From Phoronis australis (Eukaryota > Animalia > Phoronida), in the NCBI GenBank assembly GCA_002633005.1, contig NMRA01001166.1, positions 8,057-44,470 on the forward strand: 36,414 bases of DNA, in the 5' to 3' direction. The stretch's first letter is position 1. Every line of letters begins with the position of its first letter. Under the pieces are notes generated by a model. It did not search any database, had not been told where the DNA came from, and worked only from the letters and a program-made list of their open reading frames with translations. This document shows positions 10,624 to 23,501 of this stretch, in pieces. Both the position numbers and the translations under genes were made by a program.

Positions 10624-12075
10624 TTACTCTGCGCGTGTAAGCGTAGAGTACCATTGTTCCTGGGTTTTCTTCAATTTTATTCTTATTACTCTGCGCGTGT
10701 AAGCGCAGAGTACTGTTGTTCATGGGTTTTCTTCAATTTTATTCTTATTACTCTGCGCGTGTAAGCGCAGAGTACTGTTGTTCCTGGGTTTTCTTCAATT
10801 TTATTACTCTGCGCGTGCAAGCGCAGAGCACTGTTGTTACTGGGTTTTATTCAATTTAATTCTTATTCTTATTACACTTATTCTTCTTATTCTTCTTCTT
10901 ATTCTTCTTCCGACCAAATTTGAGGCTTAATAACTCCAAATTCGGTGCAGGTACGGTCTTTAAATTCAGCATATGACATTTGACTGTAAATAAATTGTGA
11001 TTGGTAATATAATCATAATCCATATTGCACCGGAAGAGGTCGTTTGATGCAAAGGTCATACAATTTTCAAAATGCTACTCCTTCTTCAATTTTAAAGCTA
11101 TCTTTTTCAAATTCGGTGCACAGGTATAAGTCAACATAACAATTTAAAAAATTAGTTTTCTAAGTAATCGGGTCATCCATCAGGTGAAATAGTTCAAAGG
11201 TCATTAGGTGCAAACTAAAATTTTGAGCTAGACACTTCAAATTGACAGGTATGATTGCCACAGGTAAATCAAATCGGAATCCAAAGTTTCAGGTCGTTTA
11301 GTGCAAACATGGGGTCATTAGGTGCATTTTTCTTCTGAAAATTTGACCTTTTCAATCAGCAAGTATTCTGATGTATCAACCGTTAGACAACTGTGGTTCT
11401 CAGCGTTAAACACATTTTCCATGGGCTTTGCAATAACTCTCCTAAAGATGCTTATAATACACCGGATAGGGTCAATTAGTGCAAAGGTCATGTAACGTTC
11501 AAAATATTATATCTCTTACGTTTTTCAAAGAATTCTTTTCAATTTCAGCACACTGGTGTAAGTCAACATGCCAAGTGAATACCTTACTTTACTTCGCAAT
11601 AGGCCTAACCAATCAGAAAAAATAGGTCAAAGGTCATTGAGTGCAAACTAAAATTATGAGCTCGAGACTTCAGAATTACGTATCTGTTTACTAAGTGCGA
11701 CTGAGTTTGAATTCTAAATTTTCAGGTCATTTGGTGCAGCCATGGGGTAATTAGGTGCATTTTTCTTCTGAAAGTTTGACCACTTCATTCATCTTGTATT
11801 CTGAAGTTCTTAAAGTAAAACATCTGGGATTATGAGCAATAACCACACTTTTATTTGAGTTAACAATTACTCCCTCATCGGGGCTCATAATGCACCGGAA
11901 GAGGTCAATTAGTGGAAAGGTCATCAAAAATTAATATGTAATTTCGCCTACCATTTTAAAGAATTCCTTTTCATATTGCTAAACGGGTTGCTGTCAGTAA
12001 CTTCCCATAATAATTCCAGTAATACGCACGCGCAGAGTCCGTTATTGACATGCCGTGACAATAATCTTTCTAGTT
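10624..12075 (+). mobile_element. Helentron-type non-autonomous element (HINE/DINE-1-like), copy 1, with 5' end reiterated four times
   Basis: 5' subTIR plus hairpin TT-actctgcgcgtgtaagcgcagagt at 10624, 10686, 10748 and 10804. (TTCTTA/TTC)n microsatellite at 10860-10910. Internal units of about 430 bp. 3' subTIR cacgcgcagagt at 12027-12038, 3' hairpin at 12042-12064, terminal CTAG-TT. Confidence 0.8.
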
Positions 12076-13316
12076 ACTCTGCGCGTGTAAGCGCAGAGTA
12101 CTGTTGTTCCTGGGTTTTCTTCAATTTTATTCTTATCTTTCTTCTTATTCTTATTCCGACCAACGTTGAGGCTTAATAACTCCGAATTGGGTGCAGGTAC
12201 GGTCTTTGAATTCAGCATATGACTTTCGACAGTATATAATTTTGATTGGTTGTATAAGCATATTCCATACTGCACCAGAAGAGGTCGTTTGGTGCAAAGG
12301 TCATATAATGTTCAAAATGCTGCTCCTCCTTCAGTTTTAAAGCTATCTTTTTCAAAATCGGTGCATAGGTATAAGTCAACATGACAATTTAAAAAGTTAC
12401 TTTTCTAAGTAATCGAGTCATCCAATCAGGTGAAATAGTTCAAAGGTCATAAGGTACAGAGTAAAATTTTGAGCTAGACAGGTCTGATTGCCACATGTAA
12501 ATCAAATCGGCATCCAAAGTTTCAGGTCATTTAGTGCAAACATGGGGTCATTAGGTGCATTTTTCTTCTGAAAATTTGACCTTTTCAATCAGCATGTATT
12601 CTGATGTGTCAACCGTTAGACAACTGTAATTCTCAGCGTTAAACACATTTTACGTGGGCTTTGCAATAATTCTCTTAAAGATGCTTAAAATGCACCGGAT
12701 AAGGTCAATTTGTGCAAAGGTCATGTAACGTTCAAAATGTTATATCTCTTACGTTTTTCAAGGAATTCTTTTCAATTTCAGCACACTGGTGTAAGTCAAC
12801 ATGCCAATTGAAAACCCCACTTTACTTTGCAATAGGCCTAACCAATCAGAAAAATAGGTCAAAGGTCATTGATTGCAAACTAAAATTTTGAGCTAGAGGC
12901 TTCAGAATTACGTATCTGTTTACTAAGTGCAATTGAGTTTGAATTCTAAATTTTCAGGTCATTTGGTGCACCCATGGGGTCATTACATGTAGGTGCATTT
13001 TTCTTCTGAATGTTTGACTAATTCATTTATCTTTTATTCTGAAGTGCTTAAAGTAAAACATCTGTGATTTTTAGCATTAACCACACTTTTAATCGAGTTA
13101 ACAATTACTCCCTCATTGGGGCTCATAATGCACTGGAAGAGGTCAATTAGTGGAAAGGTCATCAAAAAATTAATATGTAATTTCTCCTACAATGTTTTTA
13201 AGAATACCTTTTCATATTGGTAAACGGGTTGCTGTCAGTAACTTCCCATAATAATTCCAGTAATACGCACGCGCAGAGTCCGTTATTGTCACGCCGTGAC
13301 AATTATCTTTCTAGTT
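12074..13316 (+). mobile_element. Helentron-type non-autonomous element, copy 2 (head-to-tail with copy 1)
   Basis: Colinear with 10804-12075. 3' subTIR at 13268-13279, perfect hairpin attgtcac-gcc-gtgacaat at 13285-13303, CTAG at 13311-13314. Shares the junction TT with copy 1. Confidence 0.8.
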
Positions 13317-14827
13317 CACTTCTATCCTTTTGCTCGGTAGACGGCGATTTTGTAAACATGGTGGCTCGCGATTTCTGATTTAGGCAGTAGGCCTATCGCG
13401 TTTCCGAACCAATGTAAATGTTACTGAACAACTGTTGTAAATGCCGACTCAGATCAATTTCCGAATCGGGAATCTAACTGGGGCCAATCATGTACGCCTG
13501 TACGGTTGTACCTCCATAAAAAGTGAGTGAAAAGGGGTCTGAATTGAAGGTAAATTGGTGATATTTGACACATCACTGTGACTGTGGCCGCTTGGAATTG
13601 GACTTCAGATTTCAGTCTTATCACACCTAACTACTTTAGAAACAAGTCGGATATTTTGTTTCCTGGTTTTAAGAATGACGCTATCAACATGTTGCAATAT
13701 TAACTTCAGTGCAGGTTCACTAGTTATAGCTCACAGTCAGACTGTTAGTTTTATCCAGATGGAACACACCAGTGACAGCAAATGTCTAGACTTGACCAGT
13801 TGAATACACGTGTTGTTGGTCACTTTATACTAAGGAAAAATGGGAAACGAACAACAGGACAAGGACATGGTCGAAAAAAGTTAATGAATGTAACAACTTA
13901 AGAGACAGTCCATAAAAAAACCAGTAGATTTTCAAAAATCAGTCTATACGTCAAAATTTAAAACAACTTCATTTTTTGTACATGGGTAGGTATCCTAACA
14001 TAAACCCAAATGCCAAATTTTGTGCACTCAATGACCCCTAATTTCGCCGCTGGAGCATGATAACACAAATTGGCACAATTGGGCATATTAGCCGTCTCAA
14101 AAATCGCATGTTTTCAGCAACAAAAATGAGTAACATACAAAATAGATCAAAAGCTATATTTTGGTGGCTGAAATAACCAACGTATACTGTACATAATTCT
14201 GTGCCATTTATTAAAATCTAACAGTTTTATGCTAGACAGGGGAGATAATCCACAGACCACTTTTTGGGGCTAATTTTAGTGGCCATTTTTGTGACCTTCT
14301 TACTGCCATAAAACACCTTGTAGCCTTATGTGACGTTTTGAACATACAGTTAAAGAGTTAGTCTTGATGACTGAGCAATAAAAAATCTTGCCTCAACTTT
14401 GCACTTTAGTGAAAATTGTCTTGCAAAACTGTCTATTTTCATAGTTTGGAAATGACGAGCAGAGTTTACAAACCATTTGAACAAACTTTTAGGCAAGAAG
14501 TCTGCTTTAAATAGTTATAGAAACCAAGTCTAAAGTCTTTCAAATGAAAACAAGATGTTTTCTGGGTTTATTACGCGGCTAGTATCAAAACTGAACCCGA
14601 TGACCTTTGCCCACTGAGGAAGTCAGTTGAGGTTTAAAGCTTGAGGATTTATAAAAAATGTACGTGTAACCCTCTCGTATTCTTTCATTTCTTTTACATA
14701 ATCAGGTTAATTTAAACACTCTGTAGAACTTTTGAATGGAAATAAATGCCTTTAAGATTAAACGAGTAAGAATTGATGGTTGTAATGACTGGTTTTGAGA
14801 GAAGCAAGTGCATTTTAAAAAGACAAA

Positions 14828-16081
14828 ATGGCGGACGATGTCGATGGGCCTTCATGTTCCTTTAGAGTTTATTCTGCAAAAAATCCGATCACAAAAGCTT
14901 TGTGCTTTAGTGAGTTATGTCAAAGACACCACTGAACATTTGAGATACAGGACACTACCTCACAAAGCAAGGCCTATGCAAGAGTAAGGACTCGTACTAC
15001 CCAGAGTCGGTGAATTTCTGACTGAACAGGACCAGTCATGGAAGAGTCAGGTAATGCTGGATGTTACCACTCTGCTCCTCTCCTCCTGAACGTAGCAGCC
15101 TTGTCAAATTCTACCGGCATTTCTGTTTCGAGATATGACTTTAGTGAAAGTCAGAATGGAAAGGATCTCTGTGATCGCAAGATCGCTCCACTCAAACAAC
15201 GTGCAAAGTACTTTGTAGCCGAAGGTAACAATATCATAAACTTTCTGGATTTGAAAGAAGCATTACTTTCCAGTGGTCGTGTGAAGGGATGCTATGTGTA
15301 TGCATGTTCAGTCAATGTAACAAAGTCTTTTACAAAATACTCAGTTCCTGGTATAAGCACATTCCCAAATTCCCACTATTCCACCCAAGGAATTCGCGTG
15401 TGGAAATCATTCCATGTAGGTGACGGTAAGTTCTTACAAATACTGAGAAAATGGGAAACCTATTTCTCTAAAATACACTAACATCTCTAGACATGGCGGA
15501 TTTTCAACACCAAGAGTTAAGGTTGGCATTGTATCTAGAGAAGAGCCTCAACAAAAGTTCCCTTGTACCCAGCAAGGTTACTCGATTTTTTTTGCTACAG
15601 ACGCAGAACTAGGTCAGCATTTGGATGTGGGTAACCACACCGAACATTTACAGAGGGAAACCACGTATGACCACATCGCACGACAGTGGTCAGAAATGCT
15701 TTCAGATGCAAGAACCGGAGCGTCATTTGAGGCAGCCTCAGAGTACTATTTGGATGAGACGAATGCTGAAGCAATAGGTTAGGCATTGAAAAAAGGTAAA
15801 AGGTCAACAAGATTTTCAGCAAAGGTTAAGAACTTTCTGACGAACATATTCGATGAAGGAGATAAGTCAGGTAAAAACGTTCACCCTCGGAAGTGCCAAA
15901 ATGGAGAAAACATTACGAGAACCCACTGGTAAAGTGTTTACCTGTGATATTAAGTGAATCGCATATTGGTGGATTTTTTCGAGGTTGTCTGCAGCAATGT
16001 TTATGACGATGCAATTTCTGCTGAAGATGCTGTTATATCGTCAGATTTACTGAATGAAGTGGTAAATGAGCTCAACGTTTA
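14828..16081 (+). pseudogene. Sola3 transposase pseudogene
   Basis: N-terminal MADDVDGPSCSF, then a probable large deletion. Core S(D>G)NAGCYH...RYDFSESQNGKDLCDR (ORF 15038-15481), a C2H2-like FPCTQQG...QHLDVGNH fragment and C-terminal G*ALKKGKRSTRFSAKVKNFLTNIFDEGDKSGK. Stops and frameshifts throughout. Confidence 0.82.
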
Positions 16082-16488
16082 GCCTAGTTTTGTAGCATAC
16101 CAGTCAAAGATGTGTGATATATGAAGTCGAGACCGTTACTTCTGTTTACTTCATGTCTGTCATGAATGAGTCATTAATAAAATTGTCTCTCGTGAATTAT
16201 TTTCTATTGACTGTGAATGTGTACCTTTTTATACCACTGATGATCACACTGACAGAAATATTCAGCGTTAGGGTGCCCGGTGTGTGGGGGGAACACCAGA
16301 TTTCTGGCGACTGGTGGCGACTAAAATTTGTAGCAACCAGCAGGGACATTACAATATGAACCCAAAGTTACAATGACTATTGACAAGTTGAAGGATTTTT
16401 TGCACTGAACACTAGGGGGCCATATCCACCTTGGGTGCCTTCCTTTGCCTGTGGCACGAACAAGGCAGATAGAAAACAAGGCAGGGGT

Positions 16489-16607
16489 GAGTTCAGTAAC
16501 ACTAGAACCTCTCTAAAATTTATCCAAAACCACGTGTTCTCATTTAAAATGCAGGGCAATATCTCGCGAAGTCTTGAATTATAGCAAGGTCCTCGTGTTA
16601 CTGCTCT
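16489..16607. mobile_element. Diverged copy of the palindromic cagtaacgctaggacct MITE, inside the Sola3 element
   Basis: Own inverted ends cagtaacactagaacct / aggtcctcgtgttactg. Internal aatgcagggcaatatctcgcgaagtcttg aligns with 29602-29670. Confidence 0.65.
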
Positions 16608-17479
16608 TATTCTAGATGCGTCTTCAGTCTCCACGTAAACAAAAGCAGCGCCATCTATCATTTAGAACCACGCATGCCAGTTGATTTACGTTACATATTT
16701 TTTGTAATAAGCAATAATCATCAATGCCGTTTTCAGAGAATGGTAATTAATAATGCTGTCTGCCTTTTCTCCAAAATACAAGGTTTTTATGTCGTGTTTC
16801 GCAAGCTAATTATATGTTCCAAGAGCCCCCTATTGGCAGCAGAGGCAACTGAGAACATGCAAAAGGACGAAGTGCAGTTCGTGTAATGCTTCGTACGCAA
16901 AAACTACATTAGAGGCAAGATTTTTTATTTTAGATTATGAACAGGTTAGGAATGACTAAACAAATTATTACAAAGTCAATTTCAGGAAAGGTGCGTTATG
17001 GCTGCTACAGAGTGCCAAATTTGGCCGAAAATGGCTTCAGTGAAAACCTAAAAAATAGCCGTTTTTGCCTCACAAATTCAAAACGTACAAATTTAAAAAT
17101 GGATTTTGAAAGTTATGTCATTAAATTATTCAGCCATTGCCCTTTCAATTCGTATTATTCATTTGTTTTGTCCTTACCACACATGCTAGTAAAATGCATT
17201 CAAACATGCCTACTTCGACGCCCAATTTTGTTGCAAAATGGAGGTACAGGTCATAAAAAGAAAAATAATGAACGAAAATTCTTAAAAAGAGAGATTTTTC
17301 TACATCTCAACAAACCAAACTCATGTGCGAAGTTTCAAAAAAATCGGTGATTTTTGGTATAGACTCTACCTGTTGGTTTTTATATGGAGTCACTCTTAAT
17401 AACATTCCTATTATTCAGTGGATTAGACAGTGACCACCGTCTCTAACTAGCATTTGGTTTTGTTCAAAACTCACACAGC

Positions 17480-18950
17480 TACAGAAATCAGCAAGAATGG
17501 ATATCAGCAATCTCATTGCTCAGTCTTAAAATCGACAGAAACATGTGCTAATGGAATGATTCGCCATCTTTTTCTAAGAAGCCAACAGGAGCAAACAGTT
17601 AGTTGACCATGGGCATTCAGTATCTGAGAATTATCAACAGTACAACCCTTTCTTGTCAAACATGTCTAAAGATTCAACCGAGCAACTTGATCGGAAACTG
17701 TTGTTTAAAATCAGTACATCTTTGGATGACCTTTGCAAGACTTCAGAAAAAGTGTGCTTAGACTTCCCATGAGGAACCTGGATGACAAGCCGCTTCTTTG
17801 GAAAATTGTGAAAGAAGTCAGTGGAAAATCGTCCACATGGGCTACCACTTCTGTTACTATGAGTCATTCACGACATATTGGAATGACTAAGAATGAATTT
17901 ACTGTAGCCATAATGTATGGGATATGTGTAGATGTTTGCCAAAAACCCTCAACTCTGTGCTGTACAGAGGCTATTGACTGCTGCGTGCATTCGTTATTAT
18001 GCTGGCAATGGTGTATGTTTGAACATTTTTCATGGCAAAAGATGGATCACGTTTATAGCTTATAATTGTTTTTAACAAATATTTTTAGCAAAGGTGACAA
18101 AGTTGATGATAGCAATTAGATAGGTGATTAAAAATTCTTCAGATTGAGACATCCTCCTACATGTAAATTCAGAACACAGAGAAATCATTGCTGAAATTTA
18201 ATTTTTTCATCTTGAAATTTGAGGCGTGAGTGATTTTTATATTTTCGTATTTTTCAAGTTCCTAACGCTATGTTGTAGCATAACAGGTTGCACGATTACT
18301 CTTGTAAGTTCATAAAAAAGTGACTCTCATGACAAACATTTAATAAATTGTTACCATTCCCATGAATTTCTGACAGACAATTGTGTGAATTTCTAAAAAT
18401 TGTGACAAGCTCCCACTTTGAACAAAATAATTATTCACTGTCCCAAACTAGGGAATTTTTGCGTAATTAATTTTTGAAATTCTTATGCAGTTAACTGTAA
18501 AACTGATGTATGACTGTTCTAGAGGATCTGTTTTAAGAAAAAATGTTGTGAAAGTGATGACAATTTATAGTTTAGCTTTTGATCTTAAGTGATGGTGTGG
18601 TATTTTTCACCAGCTTTAAAAATGTCAGTGACAAAAGGTAGAAATCATAAGTGACAACAGATATCAATAGTCCATTTCAGTTAGTGACTTTGAAGCAGAT
18701 GATAATAGTGACAGTACCCGTGTGGTTAGAGAGTCATGACAAAATGCTTTCAAATTAAAAATCTTGAGGGACTCTCTGATGTCTAAGCTACAAATGTTTT
18801 TCTCACAAGAAATGATGTTTGTGTGTTGTCAAAATCAGTTGCATACAGAGTTAGCCACTGAATGATCTCAGTGCTTCATATGGTTAAGGGGCTTTTGATC
18901 AAAGAATAATATTTATTTTGATTGACTAGACTGATACATACCAAGGGAAC
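17480..18950 (+). pseudogene. Possible highly decayed CACTA/EnSpm (Mirage-like) transposase remnant
   Basis: Faint ordered fragments (ID..H-like at about 17970, HPP...RT.R-like at about 18150-18190) resemble the DYMH and PP..I.R.PR motifs. Many stops and frameshifts. Confidence 0.25.
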
Positions 18951-21477
18951 TTGTGAACTGTGATAAAATGTTATTGTTTACAAATGTTTGGGAAAAAAAT
19001 AAATGGTTTAACGAGATCATGAAATATTACAATTGTGTCTTCAGCATCTAACGTCAATGTATAGTACAGGATTACTTTTACATAAACATTTAAAATGTTA
19101 TAGATTTTGGATTTCCTATATATAGTGAAGGTTAAGAATGCATGCCTACGTGATGTTCTCTGTACATTTGTTGCTTTGATAACACTATGACTGATGGTGT
19201 TACTCTATCAAAAGTCAAAAATTAAAGGGCAATTTTGACATTAAAATCACCCATGGAAATCTTATCTTAATGATGTGGATTTCCGACTCTGTCCCAATTT
19301 TTGTACATCAGGATGACCTAAAGGGGCTGCTGGGTTCCTTGTTAATTCCAGGTTGTTGTATCTCTTGGGAGGCATTTTTTATTTAGTGCATCTACATTGA
19401 ATAAATTTATGTTTTTGATTATTTTGGCAGCTTTCCAAGATTTACGTAAAACTTCCAGGCTCAGATTTGAAAATTCTTGATATTAGAAAAAGGCATAAAT
19501 ATTGGTGCTGTGAAACCTGTTGTGATACGAATAGATGTTATTGAAAGTATATTTTATCTGCATTAAACTCATCATTCTAACACAATGTGACATTTGTTGA
19601 TTATCACAAGAACGAGAAGAACAATCAAAATCATTAAAATCATGTTTCGCAAGCGCATCTTTAGGTCGTTCCAATATTGATTCACACGAGGTAAAATGGT
19701 CTCTTCGTCTGCCACTTGTTATCATGAATGCAGTAACTAGCAAGCACCCACGGGATTTTCAAGGAATCGTCATGGGGCCAGGGATTCGTGATTTTGCGAC
19801 GAAACGTGACATAAAATATACACACTGGTGAACGTGCAATTGAGTGTAATCACATAGGATCTAAAGCCTGGGGCGAAGCCTTCCTTTTCAAATTGGTGGC
19901 AGCCGTCGGTTCCTCATCAAAAACAGAACTGATTGACGTCACAGGAGAGGGAAGTTCGTTTGAGATACAGTGTACACAGCCCTTCGAACAGAAATTCAAT
20001 ACGTAATGAATCTGATCACCAACAATGTAAAACATCGTGAACAAATAGTCACCATTGTCGCGTCTGTTGGTGACACGCAACACCTTCGTTATTTCTGTTT
20101 TTCAAGGCGAAACACTGATCATGAACTAGTTTTTATTTGGACTAATCGTCCAATTCCTACTGATTCTGTAATTAAAAATTCATAAACCGAAATTTTCTAC
20201 GACTAAGAAATCCATCACATGCTAATACATATGCATGTACACAAGTTTCACTAAATCTCACCCAGCAGGCCATGTTTAGCTCACAGCATACCTGTACTTC
20301 TTAGAACTAGATGCAGGTTTGGTTTTACTCGTTTGCAAAATATACGCATAGTTAATTAATTAGCAATTTGTTCTGATATTGCAATCCGTTCTCCTAACGA
20401 AATGAACAACAGATCAACCGCGATCTTAATTTGATTCAGGGTTTGAGATGGAACCTTGGTTCTTACGGAAAATTGAGGCTGGCCAATTCTGATACAACTG
20501 ATAATTTTCAACTCTTCGGAAGATTAGTTTGGGTGCGGAAGTTCGGGCGAACATGCCCCCTGATTATTTTTAATTATAATGTATTTGCCGGATAGCTACT
20601 CATAGTTATCGTCTCAGTGAATGTGCAACCTGTCTACGCATGTTATTGTATATCGATATCTTTTGCAAACCCTCTGCAGTCAATTTTTTATACAAACATC
20701 GTCTATTAGTAACTCCAAATTGGTTAAGTATATATAATATGCCTCCGTTTACTTCCAGTCCTTTTCTCTTCCCGAGTCCAATTGCGACGACAAGGCAAGC
20801 TGCATCTCACCAGTTCGTGTTGTGCCCTTTTGGTTTGCAGGACGAAGTGCACGTTATCAGCAAAGTTGCCTAGGTCCGTCGTGTAAAGTTAACACCAAAT
20901 CGCCTTGGCCGTAGTGTAATCTCAGTCTTTTGACAACGTTGGTTTTGGGCCAAATTTGTTATAAGAAACTCAACAGCATTGTGTAGTTACGTACATGTAT
21001 GTACATGTCCAAAATCGCCTTTCCAAAAATTCAAAATGTGCGGAAAAACGTTGTGTAAGTCATCCATACTATCCCAGAGGAGGCGCCAGTCTCCTAAATT
21101 ATTTTGTGCAGCTTTCGGTTTGTGTATTGAGACGGGAAATTCTCGCATCTATTTTACTGTCCAGTACGACAAAAATACATTTCGGAATTTAAACGCTGTT
21201 CAAAGTCTTCCAATTGTAGAACTGTTGATAATTTGGAAATATCTCATAAGCTATGCTCCGAATGCTTGCACGTGCAGCTGTGGACGTTTCGGTTAAGATC
21301 GCTTTTGTCCGTCCCGGCTTTCAGTGCAGGATCATTTGAGCTAATTATGCGAATGTGAATTTCCCTTCTCAAACCTAAGCACTTTCCTAAGTATCCTTTT
21401 CAGTAAAACCTTGTTGAAGCTAATATGAACGACCCTTCTGTCAAAATTATCTACTGGCTTAGACAAACTAACGTATC

Positions 21478-21600
21478 CAGGGTCGGATCCAGGATTTTGA
21501 GTTGGGGGGACAGGGCACGGGAATAACAGATGCGCGCGCACAGCCTAAAATGTGGGGACACAGAGGCCTCAAATGTTTGGGGTTGCGGACCTGTGGAGTA
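21478..21600 (+). mobile_element. Second copy (one end) of the CAG..GGATCCAGG MITE family
   Basis: cagggtcggatccaggattttgagttgggggg matches the reverse complement of 8477-8509. Distal boundary uncertain. Confidence 0.6.
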
Positions 21601-23162
21601 ACTGTGCTCGGCTGAAAGTCAGAACACGAAGAAACGATTTGGCTAAAGACTTCACTTAATAATCCCGTTTCAGTTCTTTGAATCTCCATTTGCACTCATC
21701 TCTAAACGAATGCAAAAATGTAGCACACCCGACTGTCCTTACGATATTGTAGTCCTTGAGGCTTTCAAAAAGACGACGGTTAAAAAGAAGAGCACATTAA
21801 TTTACGCGTCAACTGTTTGCATAATTCTCTCTCTTTTGTAACGTAAAAATTAGTCTTAAATAAACTATAGCTGAAGTGAACTTTGTCTCACGCTCGGTAC
21901 AATCGAAACGTAATCAGTGATTTTTTTACAAATTTCTCAATGATTGATTTATCGACATATTCGTCTTCGTATTCTCAAAGTTTGGCGGTGATTTCGTGAT
22001 GAAGTTTATGTCTTTCGGTGGATCAGGCATCTAACATACAAGCAAAGGAACCAAGGCGTTGCTGATTCTGGTAAAATCAATTGGCCAAATGTCCCCTGAC
22101 AGGTAGTTTCAGGCTAACTAAACCAAGTTAGCACCACGAATCTCCCCACTGAATTCAGCAATCATCGACTGTATTCGGTCCGTGGTTTCGTCGTATTTTA
22201 ACTAGGAAAGATTACGACCGAATCTATGATAACGATTCTCGACGACGGCGTTACATACACTGTGTTCAAAACGTGGATCTCGAGGGATATTAAACCCCGT
22301 GTTGACGGGTTAACCAAAAGCTAGTTATGTCACCTGCTTATTCAACTTTGCTACCTCCTTGAGAGATGGATGAGATGGCAAACTAACTTCACCTTTATCA
22401 TACATTGGATTTTATGTTTTGAAATAGGCAGTTGTCTCGCACTAACATGTAATTTAAAGCATGTGCTTTGCTTGTCGATGTAGCTGACTTTGTAAGAAAC
22501 TTTCTTGCTCAACATTTGAGGATTGACCTCATTAACAGAGCAGGATATCATTTTAAGAAGTGTATGAGAAGATTGTACTTTGTATGTGAAGAGGTCGAAT
22601 CCGGGATTTTGAAGGGAATGATGTTCATCTTTGCGATTTCGTATGGTAAGCAAAAAACAGAAAATAGGAACACGTACATGCTAGCGAGATGTTTTTGTTA
22701 AGAACATCATAGAACCGTGTGTTCAACGCTGGTAAAAATAAAGAAAGTGCATTTAATGAATTTTTAAATCGCTACGTCCACGCAACGTTCATGGACTTTT
22801 TCCCGCAGAGTACAGTATAAGCAGGCTTACGTACACGTACAGCAGGAAATTACGAAGAGTCAGTCAACTCATTAGCAAAGGTACATACCGACAGCGTCTG
22901 CGTTCAACATTTTTTATCCCCAAATTGTTTTTAAATGGATATAAAATGAGTATAAGGTAATAAAATATAAATATCAAGGAAACTGTTTCTCGTCTTGACA
23001 GCTTAACATGAAAAACAGGCAATAAAATTTGTAACCCAGATATATTTGATTTCAAATGGCAACATCAAAGGCGAGAGTGGAAAAAAGAAACATCAACATC
23101 ATGATCAAAATGTATAAGGCGCGCGAGCCAAACAATAAAATACGAGAGCGCTCGGAGGAGCG

Positions 23163-23501
23163 ACACTGGGCGAAATTAACCAAAAAACACGTTAGAGATG
23201 ACCGGAAAAGACGACGACAGAGATGATGACGAAGATGATAGCTATGACGACGATGGTGGTGATGATGGACAATGCGAGTTATGATTTCATTCATATGACG
23301 AACGTAGGGATCCGAAATCACTAAGAAATAGGCTACAGTCTTGAGCAACACTTGGCGAAATTAACTGAAGAAAAGACGACGTCGGAGATGATGACGAAGG
23401 TGACAAATATGATGACGAGAGTGATGAGGATGAACAACATCAAAACATTCATATGACGAACTTGGATGTCATAAAACAGTAATATAGAGGCTACTGTCTT
23501 G
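23163..23501 (+). repeat. Diverged tandem duplication (about 185 + 155 bp) with GAT/GAC-rich acidic-coding-like core
   Basis: Both units begin cact[g/t]ggcgaaattaac, contain gaaaagacgacg..gagatgatgacgaag and cattcatatgacgaac, and end aggctac[a/t]gtcttg. Confidence 0.75.

Larger units (their letters stand above)
13902..17395 (+). mobile_element. Sola3 DNA transposon, internally deleted and defective
   Basis: TTAA on both sides (13898-13901 and 17396-17399). Imperfect TIRs GAGACAGTCCATAAAAAAACCA vs GAGTGACTCCATATAAAAACCA (reverse complement). GAG...CTC termini plus TTAA TSD are the Sola3 signature. Contains transposase remnants. Confidence 0.85.

Noticed and set aside
10624-10860. CRISPR-like array of palindromic repeats
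   Set aside because: The intervening sequences are near-identical rather than unique spacers, there are no cas genes, the context is eukaryotic, and the unit is the terminus of the adjacent element.
10856-11059. Lys/Asn-rich ORFs (also 11976-12275)
   Set aside because: Translations of the TTC/TTA microsatellite within the repeat.
16937-17350. 137-aa ORF as a second Sola3 gene
   Set aside because: Lies in the AT-rich subterminal region and has no recognisable motif.
23052-23351. His/Arg-rich minus-strand ORF
   Set aside because: Antisense reading of the GAT/GAC-rich duplication.
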